A stretch of 64,000 nt of DNA from the NCBI GenBank assembly GCA_964016885.1, contig OZ024741.1, forward strand, positions 33,170,001-33,234,000, read 5' to 3'. Below are positions 10,143-23,047 of this stretch, one piece after another. The notes under the pieces were generated by a model. That model saw only the letters and a program-made list of their open reading frames with translations, searched no databases and had not been told where the DNA came from. The position numbers were made by a program, and so were the translations under genes. Every line of letters starts with the position of its first letter. The stretch's first letter is position 1. Source of the DNA: Eledone cirrhosa (taxonomy: Eukaryota).

Positions 10143-13100
10143 CTACAGGCTTATAAATAGAGAAGGCCCAATCACTCGGGCCATTTTCGCTTCATTCACG
10201 CACCTTTCAGTAAATTTACTGGGGTGCAGTGCCTCTCTCTCCACCCTGATTCTCCTTCTAAAGTGATACTTTAAGAAGGGAATCAATTGTTGTCCGGAGA
10301 GAAAGGCATCTGTCCTCAGTCCTCTCAACCTCGTCCAACATATAACTTCTTTCACCATAGCCATCGTACAGAGGAAAACCGCCTCTCTTTCGTTTTGAAA
10401 GAGGCTGGCGGTTTGATCCTTACTATGGACTCGGCAGTCAACTGGATTTGTCCCATAGGCGACAGCAGTTGTTCTACATAGTTCCACAGGTCAGTTACGC
10501 CCGAGCAGTGTACAACTTGGTGCAGGACTGTTTCAATGTCCTGCGCGCATCTGGACACGTCCTCTTGGAAGGATCCCTGCCGGGGCGTCCGTGCCTGTAG
10601 ATCTTGTTACGAACCGGTAGAGCTCCTCGGTAACACTGCCAGACCAGGGACCTCTGGAAGTTATCCCTAGGTCCCGGGCGGAAAGTCCTACCAAACAGAC
10701 TGGTGAGCTCATCGTCTTCGACGCCCAGAGTCTCTCCGAGCACGTCGTCGCCCTTGTAACGTACAATCCCTCTTTAGAATGAAGTTTCCACTGATTGCGC
10801 GCCCGCTTGCCAGAGGACTGTGAGCACCTGAGCGCATTCAATGTGCCAGGCGCCCATCGTTTTCGGTCTTTTCTTGACCCAGGACTGCAGCTCCGTCAGC
10901 GAGACGAGCTGTGGAAAAGCCTGTCTCACAAACGGTGCCCACGCCGGTTGGGAGTCGGTGAGGAATACCTGGAGATGCGTCAGCTTCGGCGCATGTTTGC
11001 GCAACATCAGCCACGGCATTCCCAGACCTCCGTTGGAAGGGTGCTGACAGCAGACGGATCTCCTCACCAGCGGAGCCTGCTTCTTCTACAGAAACTGGAA
11101 GAACATGCGTTCCATCTTGGCGAGGTGTTCACGGGGACAAGACACGACAGTCAAGCGATAGTAGATGACGGACGCTATGAAAGTGTTCGCCACCTCCGCT
11201 CGACCTTTCAAGGACAGTTTGCACTCTGCCCACTTCTGGGTGAGTGCAAACACTTTGGCCGTGACCTCGTTCCAGTTTTTCTCCACCTGGAGGTCTGGAC
11301 CGAACCAGACCCCGAGCAATTTCACCGGTCCGTCTTTCCAGCGTCCAACGACGCTGTCGGACGTCATCGGTTTTCCTCTCCACGTACCGACAGACTTGTC
11401 CGGGTTTAGTTTTGCTCCCTTCAGCGTTTCGTATTCTTTCAGTAAGTTGCCGATCACCCCGATTTCCGAGGTGCTCGACACCATTACCGTCACGTCATCG
11501 GCATAGGCCGATGCTGCTTTGCGCAGTTCCGGTTCTAGAGGAATGCCCTGCAACAGCTCCAATTTCCGCAGTAGTGGCTCTAGAGTCAATACATACAGAA
11601 TGGACGAGAGAGGCCACCCCTGTCGAATGGAACGCGTGATTGCGAACGGCTCCGATAGGTAGCCGTTCACCTTGACCCTCGAGAAAATGCTGGTGTGCGT
11701 CGCCTCGATCCATCCTCTGAACACGGATCCGAAACCGGACGCCTTGGAACCGCTTCCAAGTATCGATGGTCGACCCTATCGAATGCCTTAGACTGATCCA
11801 AGTTGATCAGAGCCCCACCGAAGCCGGGTTTACTACCCACCCTCTCTATGATGTATCGCATGAGGCGGAGGTTGTCGTGTATAGTCCTGGTCGGGATTGC
11901 ACACGTTTGCGCTTTCCCTACCAGGTTCTCGACGACAAGCGCCAACCTCGTCGCTAGCACCTTGGCCAAAATCTTTAACTCTGTGTTGAGCAGAGTTATG
12001 GGCCTGAAGTTGTTAATTTCGTCCCCCTTGTTCTCGTCTTTCCTGATCAGCGTTACTACGCCCTTGCCTGCAGAACTGGGAATTCTCCCGTTCTGCTGCC
12101 AATTGCAGTAGACGGCTTCGAGAACGCCAGAGAACAAGTCCGCCATGCCTACGTAAAACTCGTAAGGTAGACCATCTAGACCCGGTGACTTGCGTTTCTC
12201 GCAGCGGCCCAGAGCATCCCGTATCTCAGTGTCCATGATCGGTCTTTCGCAGAACTAGGCGTCTGTGTTCGAGAGGCGCGGCAGGCCGTCGAGGTATGAA
12301 CTAAAGTCCATTGCCCCGTTCGGCTCACCGTCGTTCTGCTCAAACAGTCGCGCAAAGTGCCGCTGAAAGACTGCGCACATTTGCTTGGGGTCAAGTAGCA
12401 CGCGTCCGTTTTGGTCTTTCAAAGACGAATCGTGGACTTGTTGCCACTTTTTGCCCCCGCCACTCGGGCCCAGCTGACAGCTTTCGCTCCTTCGTTTCCT
12501 AGAGCACGTGTTTTGCTTCTGACCACGCAGCCTTCGTGTTTCGCATCGGAGAACTGGTGCAGTGCCGTTCTCGACGCTAACACTCTAGCCGCGTTGCCAC
12601 TTCTAAGTGCCTCCTCTACCTTGGCTACTAGTTCTCTTTCTATTCTGTTTTTCTCTAAGGCTAACTCTCTGCTATACCCTATCGATTCTATTCTAATTGC
12701 TTTCTTGAGAGAGTACCACCATCTATTGTTGACGATGGCTCCCGTTAACTGTTGCTTGATAGTCTACTTATCCGTTCACTGTAAGCTTTACGTGCCGGCA
12801 ACGACACGTTCAGCTTCCAGTATCCGGGACCCTGTCTATGTATTCTATCACGGTTGACTAAGCAGACGACTAACTTGTGATCTGAATAGGCAACCATGCG
12901 CATTCGTGGACAGCTTAACATCTCCGTGTCACTTTCTCTAATGAAGAACCTTTCTAAATACGATCTAGATGTCTCACTGCGGTTTGCCCACGTCCACTGT
13001 GGTGCAGTCAGGAAATCCAGTCGATACCTATCGGCCAGTTGGATTTGGCCGATTAATGTTTTGAGGCTGTTGCACCCCGCTCTACTGGGACATGCTCCCA

Positions 13101-13563
13101 CATAGTCCCATCGTGCATCTAGGATACCATTCCAGTCCCCCACTAAAAGTAAGGAGCGAGACGTTCCCAGAAAAGACTCTAGACGCTTAAAGAAGTCTGG
13201 CTGTGATTGCAATTGCCCGGTCGGGGCATAAACGGCCACCAGTCTGAAGGCTCCACCTCCAATACTGTTCACGTCGAGGACTACCAGTCTACCCTCCGGG
13301 TCCAAGTGTACTTGCTGTACTTCGACGTCCAGGTTCTTCCGAAACATGACAGCCACTCCACCTCCACCTCCTGGCTGACTGAGAGATGCGTAGATCTCAA
13401 AGTCGTCGAAGATGGGGGTTAGTTGCTGCCTGTTGTGGATCCTGGACCTGGTGATGGCTATCACATCCATACTGTGTGACCTAAGATCGTTTAAAAGTTG
13501 GCCCTGTTTCCAGGACATCCCTAGGTCACACACATTCACGGTTCCAACTCGTAAACTAGCCAT
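10143..13563 (-). pseudogene. Tx1-A ORF2 (APE + RT + Cys-rich tail), frameshifted
   Basis: VGTVNV, VYAP, VGDWN, YSDH, GPGYWKLN, KSPGLDGLPYEFY, NFRPITLLN, LDQSKAFDRVDH, RQGWPLS, AYADD, GGLGMP, spread over several frames. Confidence 0.9.
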
Positions 13564-15412
13564 GTTTGTGAAGAAAAGTTGTAGAAAAAGGAAGAAAGGT
13601 GCACTTACCTTTTCGTTTCCTGGAGATCGAGTTGTTCAATCTCCATTTGGGTGCTGGATGGGGTGTTGAGTGGGGTGGGAAACATTTTAACAGGACGCGG
13701 TTGATGGGTTTGTGGCAGGGGTTGCCCACGTCCTGTGAAAATTTATTTTTTAGGTCATTATAGGTTTCCATAGAAACCCTTATAAGTTTAAGGTGTGGAG
13801 ACGATTCTGCCTTGACGAAAGTTTTGCCCTCCGTCTCCACCTTCGGGTTTTGGGAGATGACCTCCATCAAACTCTTGTTGTTTGTGTTGATGTATGCGTA
13901 TTGTTGTTTGTGTTTTTGTTGATTTGTTTTAGTTTGTTGTTCGTCCGGGAGTTTTCTTTTTATGGTGGGTGCTTCTGTTTGGGGTGGTGTTGGTGTTGGT
14001 TTTGCTGATAGGGGGATGTTTGACTGTGGTGTTGTTTGTGTCTGTGGTTGTGCGCTGGTGTTGGTGATTGGGGTTTTGGGGGTTTTGTGGTGTCTCTTTT
14101 TTTGTTTTTTAGATTTTCGCGGTTCTCCCTCTTCTTCACTTAAAGAAAGAGAAGCAGCTTCATCCGTCGATGAATAATCATCGTCAGGTGTGTGGGGTAG
14201 GTGTATGTTGTGTGGTGGTGGTGTTTCGGTGTGTGTGTTTGTGGTAGTGTTTGATGGAGTGGGATGGAGTGGGGCTGTGTTCTTCAGGGGTGTTGTCTCT
14301 GTTTTTTCTGTTATTGGTTGAGTGTCTGTTTGTTTTGGTGTGGTTGCTCGTTTCGTCTGTCGTTGTACTTGTGGTGGTGGTGGTTGTTTTGGTATTGGTG
14401 TTGGTAATAGTGTTTTTTTAATGATGTTGTTGTTGTGTGTTTGTGGACAAGAGGATTTTAGGTGTGCGGTGCTACCAAAGCGAAAGCAATGAAATTTTCG
14501 TCCTTCTACCGAAATGTTTATTTTGTTGTTATTATTGATGACGACTCTTTCGGGTATTTTGGAGATTCTCTCCGGTTTCATTTGCAACAGAATCTCCAAA
14601 TCTGTACCCGCCCACCTTTGTCGAATAGATTTTCGTATCGAAAGAATCATATCAGTTTCTGGCTCTACGAAGCCAGCCAAGATCCACCAGATATTAATGT
14701 TTGGGGGTATGTTTTTTATTTTTATTTTTTGTGTCCTTTTTCCCATGTATGTAGGGAAAAAGGTGTATGCTTTTGACACCATTGGTGTCACAGAGTGTTT
14801 CTGGGCGAGTGACTCGCTTTTAAACAGTACGGAAACACTTCCGTACTGTTTTCCTCACTGGAGAAAATCGACATTTGCTAGAATTTCCTTGAAAGTATCT
14901 TCTATATCTGCTTGGCTAACAAATGTCGGCTTTCTTGTGGTATTTGACACAGTCCTAAAGGTTACTGATCTGCGAATTGTGTCTTCCTTTATTTCAAGGG
15001 GTGAGTTAATTCTAAACCCACCTCTTCCTTCGAAAGTTACAAATTTTCTCCCTTGCTGGAGCATATCTCTTGCGTTGGAGATATCAAGATTTATAAAATC
15101 TTGTTTTTTGTTCACTGTTTCAGCGAAAGACACTTTCTTTTTTTGTGTGGTGTTGCTGTTGTTGTTGTTGTTATCGTTGATAGTCTCGGTGTTGGAAATC
15201 TCAGTTCCTTGTCGAGGTGAAACATTATGTGTAGTTGTATCTGTAGAGATGTTGATATCTTTTTCATGTGTATGTATGTTAATGGGTTTAATTCCTGTGT
15301 TTTCCTGTGTGTTGTTGTTATTTTTCTCCGCTTCGACGGTAGAAATTATAAAATCTTCAAGTGGTAATATTTTTTCCTCTTTGTTGACAGTCGTATCTAT
15401 GGCGACATCCAT
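13556..15412 (-). pseudogene. Tx1-A ORF1 (Gag-like, degenerate zinc knuckle, Pro/Thr-rich tail)
   Basis: ORF pieces 14855-15412 and 13556-14791; SVEGRKFHCFRFGSTAHLKSSCP. Clear homology to ORF1 of copy B. Confidence 0.8.
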
Positions 15413-15723
15413 AGTAGCAGAAGCAGATATAACGTTAATATATACCTCTTTCTCTCTCTTTTCTATTATTGACGTTCTCCAGCGTTCTTGTGTTGCTCAA
15501 GTTATTTAGTTTGTAAAATCTGATATTTTAAAACAATTTTTAAAATAAAATGTTCGCCCCTTCAGGGGCGAAAAATGGGATTACCACCCAGCTAACAATT
15601 CAGCTTGGGGGTTAATCTACAAAATGTTATGTTTTTTCAAATAATTAGTTCGGTTTTTTGTATAGAAATTAACAAAAAAGCTTACCGGCGATGTTCCACG
15701 CGTCAGACAGAAAAAGAGATAGA

Positions 15724-15919
15724 TATATTTCTTTATTAGCCACAAGGGCGCACAAGAAAAGGGGACAATACAAAGACATGTCGGGGATTTTACATACAGT
15801 CGTGTAAAAAATATAAAAACAAACAATTACAACAATCGAAATCCCCAATAGGGGAGAGGCGCCACAAATGGGTTGTTTAATACCCCGTCGATAGAACAGC
15901 CCTCAACTCCAGGAGCGTA
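15724..15919 (-). mobile_element. Solo 3' UTR of Tx1 family A (severely 5'-truncated copy)
   Basis: Near-identical to 9908-10099 and bounded by GATA repeats on both sides. Confidence 0.85.
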
Positions 15920-16169
15920 GATAGATAGATATGTTTCTTTATTAGCCACAGGGGCACAAAAGAAGGGGACAAATACAAAGGGGGAAGTTTACATACAATA
16001 AAAACGTGTAAAATATTATCACAAATGCAATTTAAAAATTAGTCGATTTTCCCCAATAGGGGGAGACAGTTCATATGGGTAACAAATACCCCCGAAAAAA
16101 TGTGCAACCCTCATCTCCAGGAGTACGAAGAGTTTGTACTCCCTTCCTCTCCTCCTCCTTTTCCTCAAC

Positions 16170-19100
16170 TTACAGGCTGATATAGAGAGAAGGCCCATTC
16201 ACTCGGGCCATTCTCGCCACTTTCACCCAACTTTCATAAAACTTGCTGGGGTACAGCACACCTCTCTCCATCCTGATTCTTCTTTCAAAGTGGTATTTGA
16301 AAAAAGAATCAGTTGTTGGCCGGAGAGAAAGGTGTCTGACCTCGGCCCTTTCAACCTTGTCCACCATACAACCTCTTTCGCCATAGCTATCACACAAAGG
16401 AAAACCGCCTCTCCTTCGTTTTTGAAGGAGGGTGGCAGTTTGATCATGACAATGGACTCGGTGGTCAACCGGATTGGTCCCATCCGCGACCATAGTCGTT
16501 CTACATAGCCCCACAGGTCGGTGACGCCCGGGCAGTGTATGAATGCGTGCGCGACGGTTTCTTCGTCTCGCACGCACCTCGGACAGATCTTTTTTGCAGA
16601 GTCCCTGCACGGGCGCCCATGTCTGTAGAGCTTGTCTCGAACTGGTAGAGCTCCTCGGTAGCACTGCCAGGCCAGGGACATTTGAAAGTTGTCCATCGGT
16701 CTCGGGCGGAAGGTCCTACCGAACAGACTGGCCAGTTCATCTTCCTCTACACCTAGAGTTTCACCGAGCGCGTCGTCGCACTTGCTGCGGATCAACCCTC
16801 TATAGAATGACGAAGTGGAGTCTCCACTGATCGCCGGGTCCGCCTGCCAGAGGGCTGTGAGCGCCTGAGCACATTCGATGTGCCAGTCGCCCATTTTCCT
16901 CGGTATTTGCTTGACCCAGGACTGCAGCTTGGTCGGCGAGACGAGTCGTGGGAAGGCTCGCCTCACGAACGGGGCCTACACCGGTTGTCCGGTGAGGAAT
17001 ACGTAGAGATTCCGCAGTCTGAGCGCGTGTTTGCGCATCGTCAGCCACGGCACCCCCAGCCCTCCGTTGGAAGGGTGTTGGCAGCAGATGGATCTTCTCA
17101 CCAAAGGAGCCCGCCTCTTCCAAAGGAATTGGAAGAGCGCGCGCTCAATTTTGGTGAGCGTTTTGGCTGGGCAAGGCACGACGGTCAAGCGGTAGTAGAT
17201 GGCGGACGCTATAAAAGTGTTCGCCACCTCCGATCGACCTTTCAAGGATAGTTTGCACTCGGCCCACTTCTGGGTGAGTGCAAACACCTTGGCCGTCACC
17301 TCGTTCCAATTCTTCTCCACCTGGAGGTCCGGACCAAACCAGACCCCGAGCAGTTTTACCGGTCCTTCCGTCCAGCGTCCAACAATGCCATCGGAAGGCA
17401 TCGGTTTGTCTCTCCACGTTCCGAGTTGCAAACCGATGGACTTGTCCCGGTTCAGCTTCGCTCCTGTGAAACTTTCCTCTTCCTTCAGTAAGGTGCCAAC
17501 TTCCTCGACTTGCGAGACGCTCGACACCATTACTGTCACGTCGTCAGCGTAGACCGACGCCGATTTCCGCAGTCCGGTTCCAGAGGGATGCTCTGCAATA
17601 GCTTCAACCCCCGCATCCAGATAACAATCGTCAACCCGATCGAAAGCCTTAGACTTATCCAAGTTGATCAGGCACCACCGAAGCCGGGTTTACACCCTAC
17701 ACTCTTTATGATGTATCGCATGAGGTGGAGGTTGTCGTGTATGGACCTGGTCGGCATTGCGCATGTCTGCGCTTCTCCCACCAGATTCTCGACGACAAGC
17801 GCCAGCCTCTTTGCCAACACCCTGGCCAAAATCTGCAACTCTGTGTTTAGCAGAGTTATGGGCCGGAAGTTGCCTATGTCATCCCCCTTATTCTCGTCCC
17901 TCCTGACTAGTGTGACTACGCCCCCGGTCACAGAACTGGGAATTCTCCCGTTCTGTTGCCAGTTGCAGTAGACCGCTTCCAGGAGACCGGAGAATAAGTC
18001 CTGCATTGCTACGTAAAATTCGTAGGGTAGACCGTCGAGACCTGGAGATTTGCGTTTGCCGCATTGGCTCAGCGCGTCCCCTATCTCAGCGGCTGAAATC
18101 GGCTTTTCGCAGAAGTTTGTCTCGCTGTCCAAGAGTCGCGGTAGGCCGTCGAGGTATGGACCGAAATCCATAGCCCCTCCCGGCGCGCCGCCCTGCCCGA
18201 AAAGTTGAGCAAAGTACCACTGAAAGGCCGCACACATCTACACTTCGGCTCACGTATCACGCGTCCGTTTTTGGTCCTTCAAAGACCGAATCGTGGACTT
18301 GTTGCCACTTTTTGCCTCCGTCACTCAGGCCCAGCTAACAGCTTTGGCTCCCTCTTTTCCCAGAGCACGTATTTTGCTTCTGACAACGCAGCCCTCGTGC
18401 TTTGCGTCGAAGAACTGGTCCAAGGCTGTTCTCGTTGCTAGCACGCTGGCTACGTTGCCACTTCTAATTGTCTCTTCTACTTTATCTACCAGTTCCTTCT
18501 CGGTTCTATTTCTATCTAGCGCTAATTATTTATTAAAAACTAACGAGTCTAATCTAACTGCCCTCTTGAGAGAGTACCACCATCTGTTGTTGACAATGAC
18601 CCCTGTCAAGTGCTGTTTAACTAAAGTGCTAATCCGTCTACTGTAGGCTTTGCTTGTCGGTAACGACAAGTTCAGCTTCCAGTAGCCGGGTCCTTGTCTA
18701 TGGGTTCTATCAAGGTTGGCCATGCAGGTCACTAGTTTGTGATCTGAATAGGCAACCATGAACATTTGTGGACAGCTTAACATGTCCCTATCCTTATTTC
18801 TAACTAGAACCCTATCCAGGTACGATCTAGATGTTCCGCTAATATTAGTCCACGTCCACAGTGGCATAGTCGGAAATTCTAGTCGATATCTATCGGCCAG
18901 GTCAAATCGGTCGATTAACTGTTTGAGGCTGTTGCACCGCGCTTTATCGGAACATGCTCCCACATAATCCCAACGTACATCTAGGATTCCATTCCAGTCC
19001 GCCACTAAAGGCAAGGAGCGGGACGTTCCCAGAAAAGTCTCTAGACGTTTGAAGAAATCTGGCCGCGGTGTCCCGGATAGGGCATATGCAGCCACCAGCC

Positions 19101-19418
19101 TGAAGGCTCCAACTTCACTACCGTCAACGTCTAGGACCACCAGTCGACCCTCCGGGTCCATATGTACCGTCTGTGTTACGAGGTCCAGGTGTTTTCGCAG
19201 CAAAACGGCAACTCCGCCCCCACCCCCGGCCGACAGAGAGATGCGTAGATCTCAAAGTCATCGAAGATGAGGGCTAGCTGTTGCTCGCTGTGGATCCTGG
19301 ACTCGCAAATGGCTACTACATCCATACTGTGCGACGTGAGGTCGTTTAAGAGTTTGCCCTGTTTCCAGGGCATCCCCAGGCCACGTACGTTCACACATCC
19401 AACTCTTATATTGGCCAT
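16170..19418 (-). pseudogene. Tx1-B ORF2, frameshifted and with an internal RT deletion
   Basis: MANIRVGCVNVRGL, YLDR, YSDH, KSPGLDG, VYADD, CPRCVRDEETVAHAFIHC. The QGxPLS motif region is missing near 17600. Confidence 0.9.
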
Positions 19419-19455
19419 GTTGGTGCTGAAAATTTAAAAGAGGAAAATAAATCAC

Positions 19456-21246
19456 TCACCCTTCGTCTCCTGGGGACCAGGCTGCACGATTTCCATGGGG
19501 GTGTTTGAGGGGTTTTCCGGGTGGGTGGTGGTTTCCGGCGGGGTGGGGGACGGAGATATTTGGTGGGGTGGGGTCTGGTGGGATGGGGGTGTCTGAGGTG
19601 GGGAGACATTTGAGAAGGACGCGGTTAAGTGGTTTCACGCAGGAATTCCCCACATCCTTCTCAAATGTTTCTTTTAGGGACTTATAAGTTTGTATAGGGA
19701 CCCTAATCTGTTTTAGGTTCAGTTTTTTGTTATTTCTAATAAAGTGGGCGAAAGTTTTCCCTTCGGTTTTCACCGAATGGTTGTTCGTGATCGTCTCCAT
19801 TAGTGTTTTGTTTTCAGTGTTTATGTAAGTGTAAGTGTAATTTTCTTGTGTTGTGTTTGTTTTTGTCTGTACTTCGTCTGTGTGCTTTCGTTTTGTTGTA
19901 GGTATTTTGTTTTCAGGAGGTGGGGGTTTTGTTTGTGAGGTTTTTGTTGTTTGTGTTGGTGGTTGTATGTTTGTGGTAGTGTTTGCTGGTTTTTTGCTTT
20001 TGTGATGTCTTTTCTTTCTTTTCGAGCGATGGGGTTCTCCCTCGTCTTCACTGGGTGATGGCGAGATAGCCTCATCTGTTGTATCGTCTGTGTGATTGGG
20101 GAGGGGCATGTCTTGAGGAGCTGTTGTGTCTGTATGTGATTCTGCAGTGGTTTTAGGTGGAGTGGGGTTGGGTGGGACTGTGTTTGTTGTGGTTATTTTT
20201 GTGTGTTGGTGTTGTTGTTGTTGTGGTGGTGTTGGTGGTTGTGTTATTTTGATGGGTGTCGGCAGAAGAGTCTTTTTTTGGCTCATTAATTTAGGTCAGG
20301 AAGCCCTCAGGTGACCCCTGCTAAAGCAGTGGTAACATGAAGGCTGCCTACCCTCAACTGAAAAGTTTATGTAGGTGAGACCGTCCAGGAGTACACGTTG
20401 TGGGATCATAGCTATTCGCTCTGGGCTCATTTGCACCAGAACTTCAACGCTAGTCCCATTGAATACATTTCTGGGATACTTTCCTACTGAAAGTATTCTG
20501 TCTTCATCAAAATTGATGAAGCCGCACGGTATCCACCATATGTTTACCTTTGGTGTAATACTTGTGATTCTAATCTTTTGTGTCCTTTTTCCCATGTATG
20601 TAGGGAAAAGGGTATACAGGTTGGATACAATTGGCGACACATAGTAATTTTGGGCCGTCAATTGATCCCTCATGAATACCGAAATACTCTCATTGAATTT
20701 TTGAAAACCAGTTCATTTTCTTTCTGTGACAATTGGACTGGTTTTCGGGTAGAATTGGAAACTGTCCTAAAAACTATCGTTTTAAGAGCAGTTTCCTTGC
20801 GAATTTCTACCGGAGAATTGATGCTGAAGGCACCATTCTTTTCGAAAGTAACATATCTCTTAGCGTCCTTTAAAAGTTGTTCGGCATTTGTTATGTCGAG
20901 ATATGTTAGTTCCTCCTTTTTTCTGAACTGTCTGTGCAAAGGAGATTTTCGGTTTCTTTGTGGAATTATCCGTGTTGGTGGTGTTGATATTGTTGTTGTT
21001 ATTCTTGTTGTCACTGATGTTGATATTGTTCGTATTTTCCTTGGTGTTGGTGTTTGTGTTGTTGTTGTCTTTGATGCTGGTATTATTGGTGTTGTCATTA
21101 TTTTTTTCTTCGTTGTTGTCATTGTTGTTTTTATCATCATTATTGGTGTTGTTGTTATTTTTGTTGTCATTGTACTGTTTGGTGTCATTTGTGTTGTTTG
21201 GATATGAATTTGTTTTTACAATTTCATTTCGTCTTTCCATCTCCAT
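19456..21246 (-). pseudogene. Tx1-B ORF1 with CCHC knuckle
   Basis: FSVEGRQPSCYHCFSRGHLRAS* (last Cys codon is now TGA). Asn-rich N-terminus and a KPKISFAQTV motif matching KKKVSFAETV in copy A. Confidence 0.8.
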
Positions 21247-21518
21247 AGTATCTATGGAGAAGGAAAGGGAAGAAGACGATGTTGACTGCGAGCTATGTAG
21301 TCTTACCGACTATCCACCACCATTATCGTCGAACGTAGCGTTCATAACGTAATCAAACTTCTTACGATATTTTTTCCCCTGTAGGGGCGAAAATGAGTTG
21401 ACCCACCACCTGAAGGTCAAGTTACACAATAATATAAAATTTAACTGAAAACTCACGTTTTTTTTTCTTACATAAATTAACAGAAACTTCTCCGCGAAGT
21501 TACACACGTCTGGTAGAG

Positions 21519-21587
<69 letters not shown>

Positions 21588-21734
21588 TACACACATTGAT
21601 TCAGGTGTGGTCAGTCTAACCAACAGTACGTAGACGTAGAGCCCCTCAGTCAACTATCCCTAATTTTTATTTGTAGTTGTTGTCTCCGTGCACCCTCTCA
21701 GTTTGTGTTTACCATAATTCCGAAGTGCAATACA

Positions 21735-21788
21735 CCTGATGATGTCGCTGGAATTCTACTGGCCATTGAAATATATATAGTATCTGCA
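21735..21788 (+). ncRNA. Decayed hammerhead-like motif
   Basis: CTGATGA-imperfect stem II-GAAATATATATA, with palindromic stem III and a bulged stem I (tgcaatac/gtatctgca). Confidence 0.35.
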
Positions 21789-22101
21789 AAAATAAAATCT
21801 TTAAAGGAATTTCAACAATCCAGCTTCCTGTCACTTTATTCTATAATGTATATATATATATATATATATATCATTTTAGGCAAAGGCAGGTGAGTGCGTG
21901 GCTTTGATAAACGCCAAGCAGCGATAAACAGCTGTTAACCTCTCTCCCTTTGCCTCTGCCGAAAATAAGTAAGTGACATAGTCACTACTTTAAAACTAAT
22001 AGCGAATGGTCTTCTAAATGTTTTTAATTAAACATACGGTATATTGCCAAATATACTATGTATATAATGTGTGTGTGCATGTGTGTGTGAGAGAGAGAGA
22101 G

Positions 22102-22183
<82 letters not shown>

Positions 22184-22750
22184 AGGTTACTCTTCACGTG
22201 AGGAGGGTACTTTTTGGACACCGTGCAGGATAAAAAGCAAAACCCGTCAAAGTGCGGGGGCACTCAGGAGAGTCACCGGCTATCCAAAAATGTATGTTTT
22301 TGTGTGTAGCGAGAGACTCTTAATCTTCATTAAGACATCTCTCCAGGAGAAAGTCACTCTGATATAAAACCTGCCACTTCGTTTGCACCCAATAATGTAA
22401 ACCAGTTCTTCTTTTGTGTCAAATGCATTCGATGTTCAGAAAGCGGGATTGACCCCGTGCAAAATCTTTCGTCACTTAATAAAGCTTCATGCACAGATAT
22501 CGCTTCATACGACATTTTCTACGATGCATATTATAGCTGGCCATTGGCAAGTTCCTAGTGGAACTAAAAGGCCACGTCCATGATGCTCATGGTTAAGTGT
22601 CAAGCGATGGCATTACTCGAAATCGAGTTGTAGCCATCATCATCATCATCATGTATATGTCAACATAAATGGACCTATTATTTTTATCTAAAGACATTTT
22701 TTGCAATTCCATCCCGCCCGTTCCCTTAATCTATTCCATTTCTCATTCTT

Positions 22751-22786
22751 TCTTCTGATGAAGGTCTAGCGTCCGAAACGTTAAGA
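22751..22786 (+). ncRNA. Minimal Penelope-type hammerhead (palindromic AACGTT stem III)
   Basis: tctt-CTGATGA-aggtctagcgtcc-GAAACGTT-aaga. Confidence 0.65.
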
Positions 22787-22873
22787 CCCTCTTCTTGCTA
22801 TATCAAGCGTTAACCTAATATATCCCTTCCATATACTGTACCGATTGTGTTGTTATTTCTGTTTACCTTTTAC

Positions 22874-22947
<74 letters not shown>

Positions 22948-23047
22948 ATATACACACACGCATACATACATACATACATACATACATACATACATACATA
23001 CATACATACATACATACATACATACATACATGCATGCATACATACAT

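Larger units (their letters stand above)
9905..15715 (-). mobile_element. Tx1/L1-clade non-LTR retrotransposon, copy A (full-length, decayed)
   Basis: 5' UTR, ORF1, ORF2 (APE-RT-Cys) and a 3' UTR with AATAAA running into (TATC)n. Confidence 0.88.
15930..21515 (-). mobile_element. Tx1/L1-clade element, copy B (related but distinct subfamily, decayed)
   Basis: Same organisation as copy A. The 5' flank is a long (GATA)n at ~21517-21587, and the 3' end is AATAAAGAAACA followed by (TATC)n. Confidence 0.88.

Noticed and set aside
14514-15509. 331-aa plus-strand hydrophobic ORF
   Set aside because: Antisense shadow of Tx1 ORF1.
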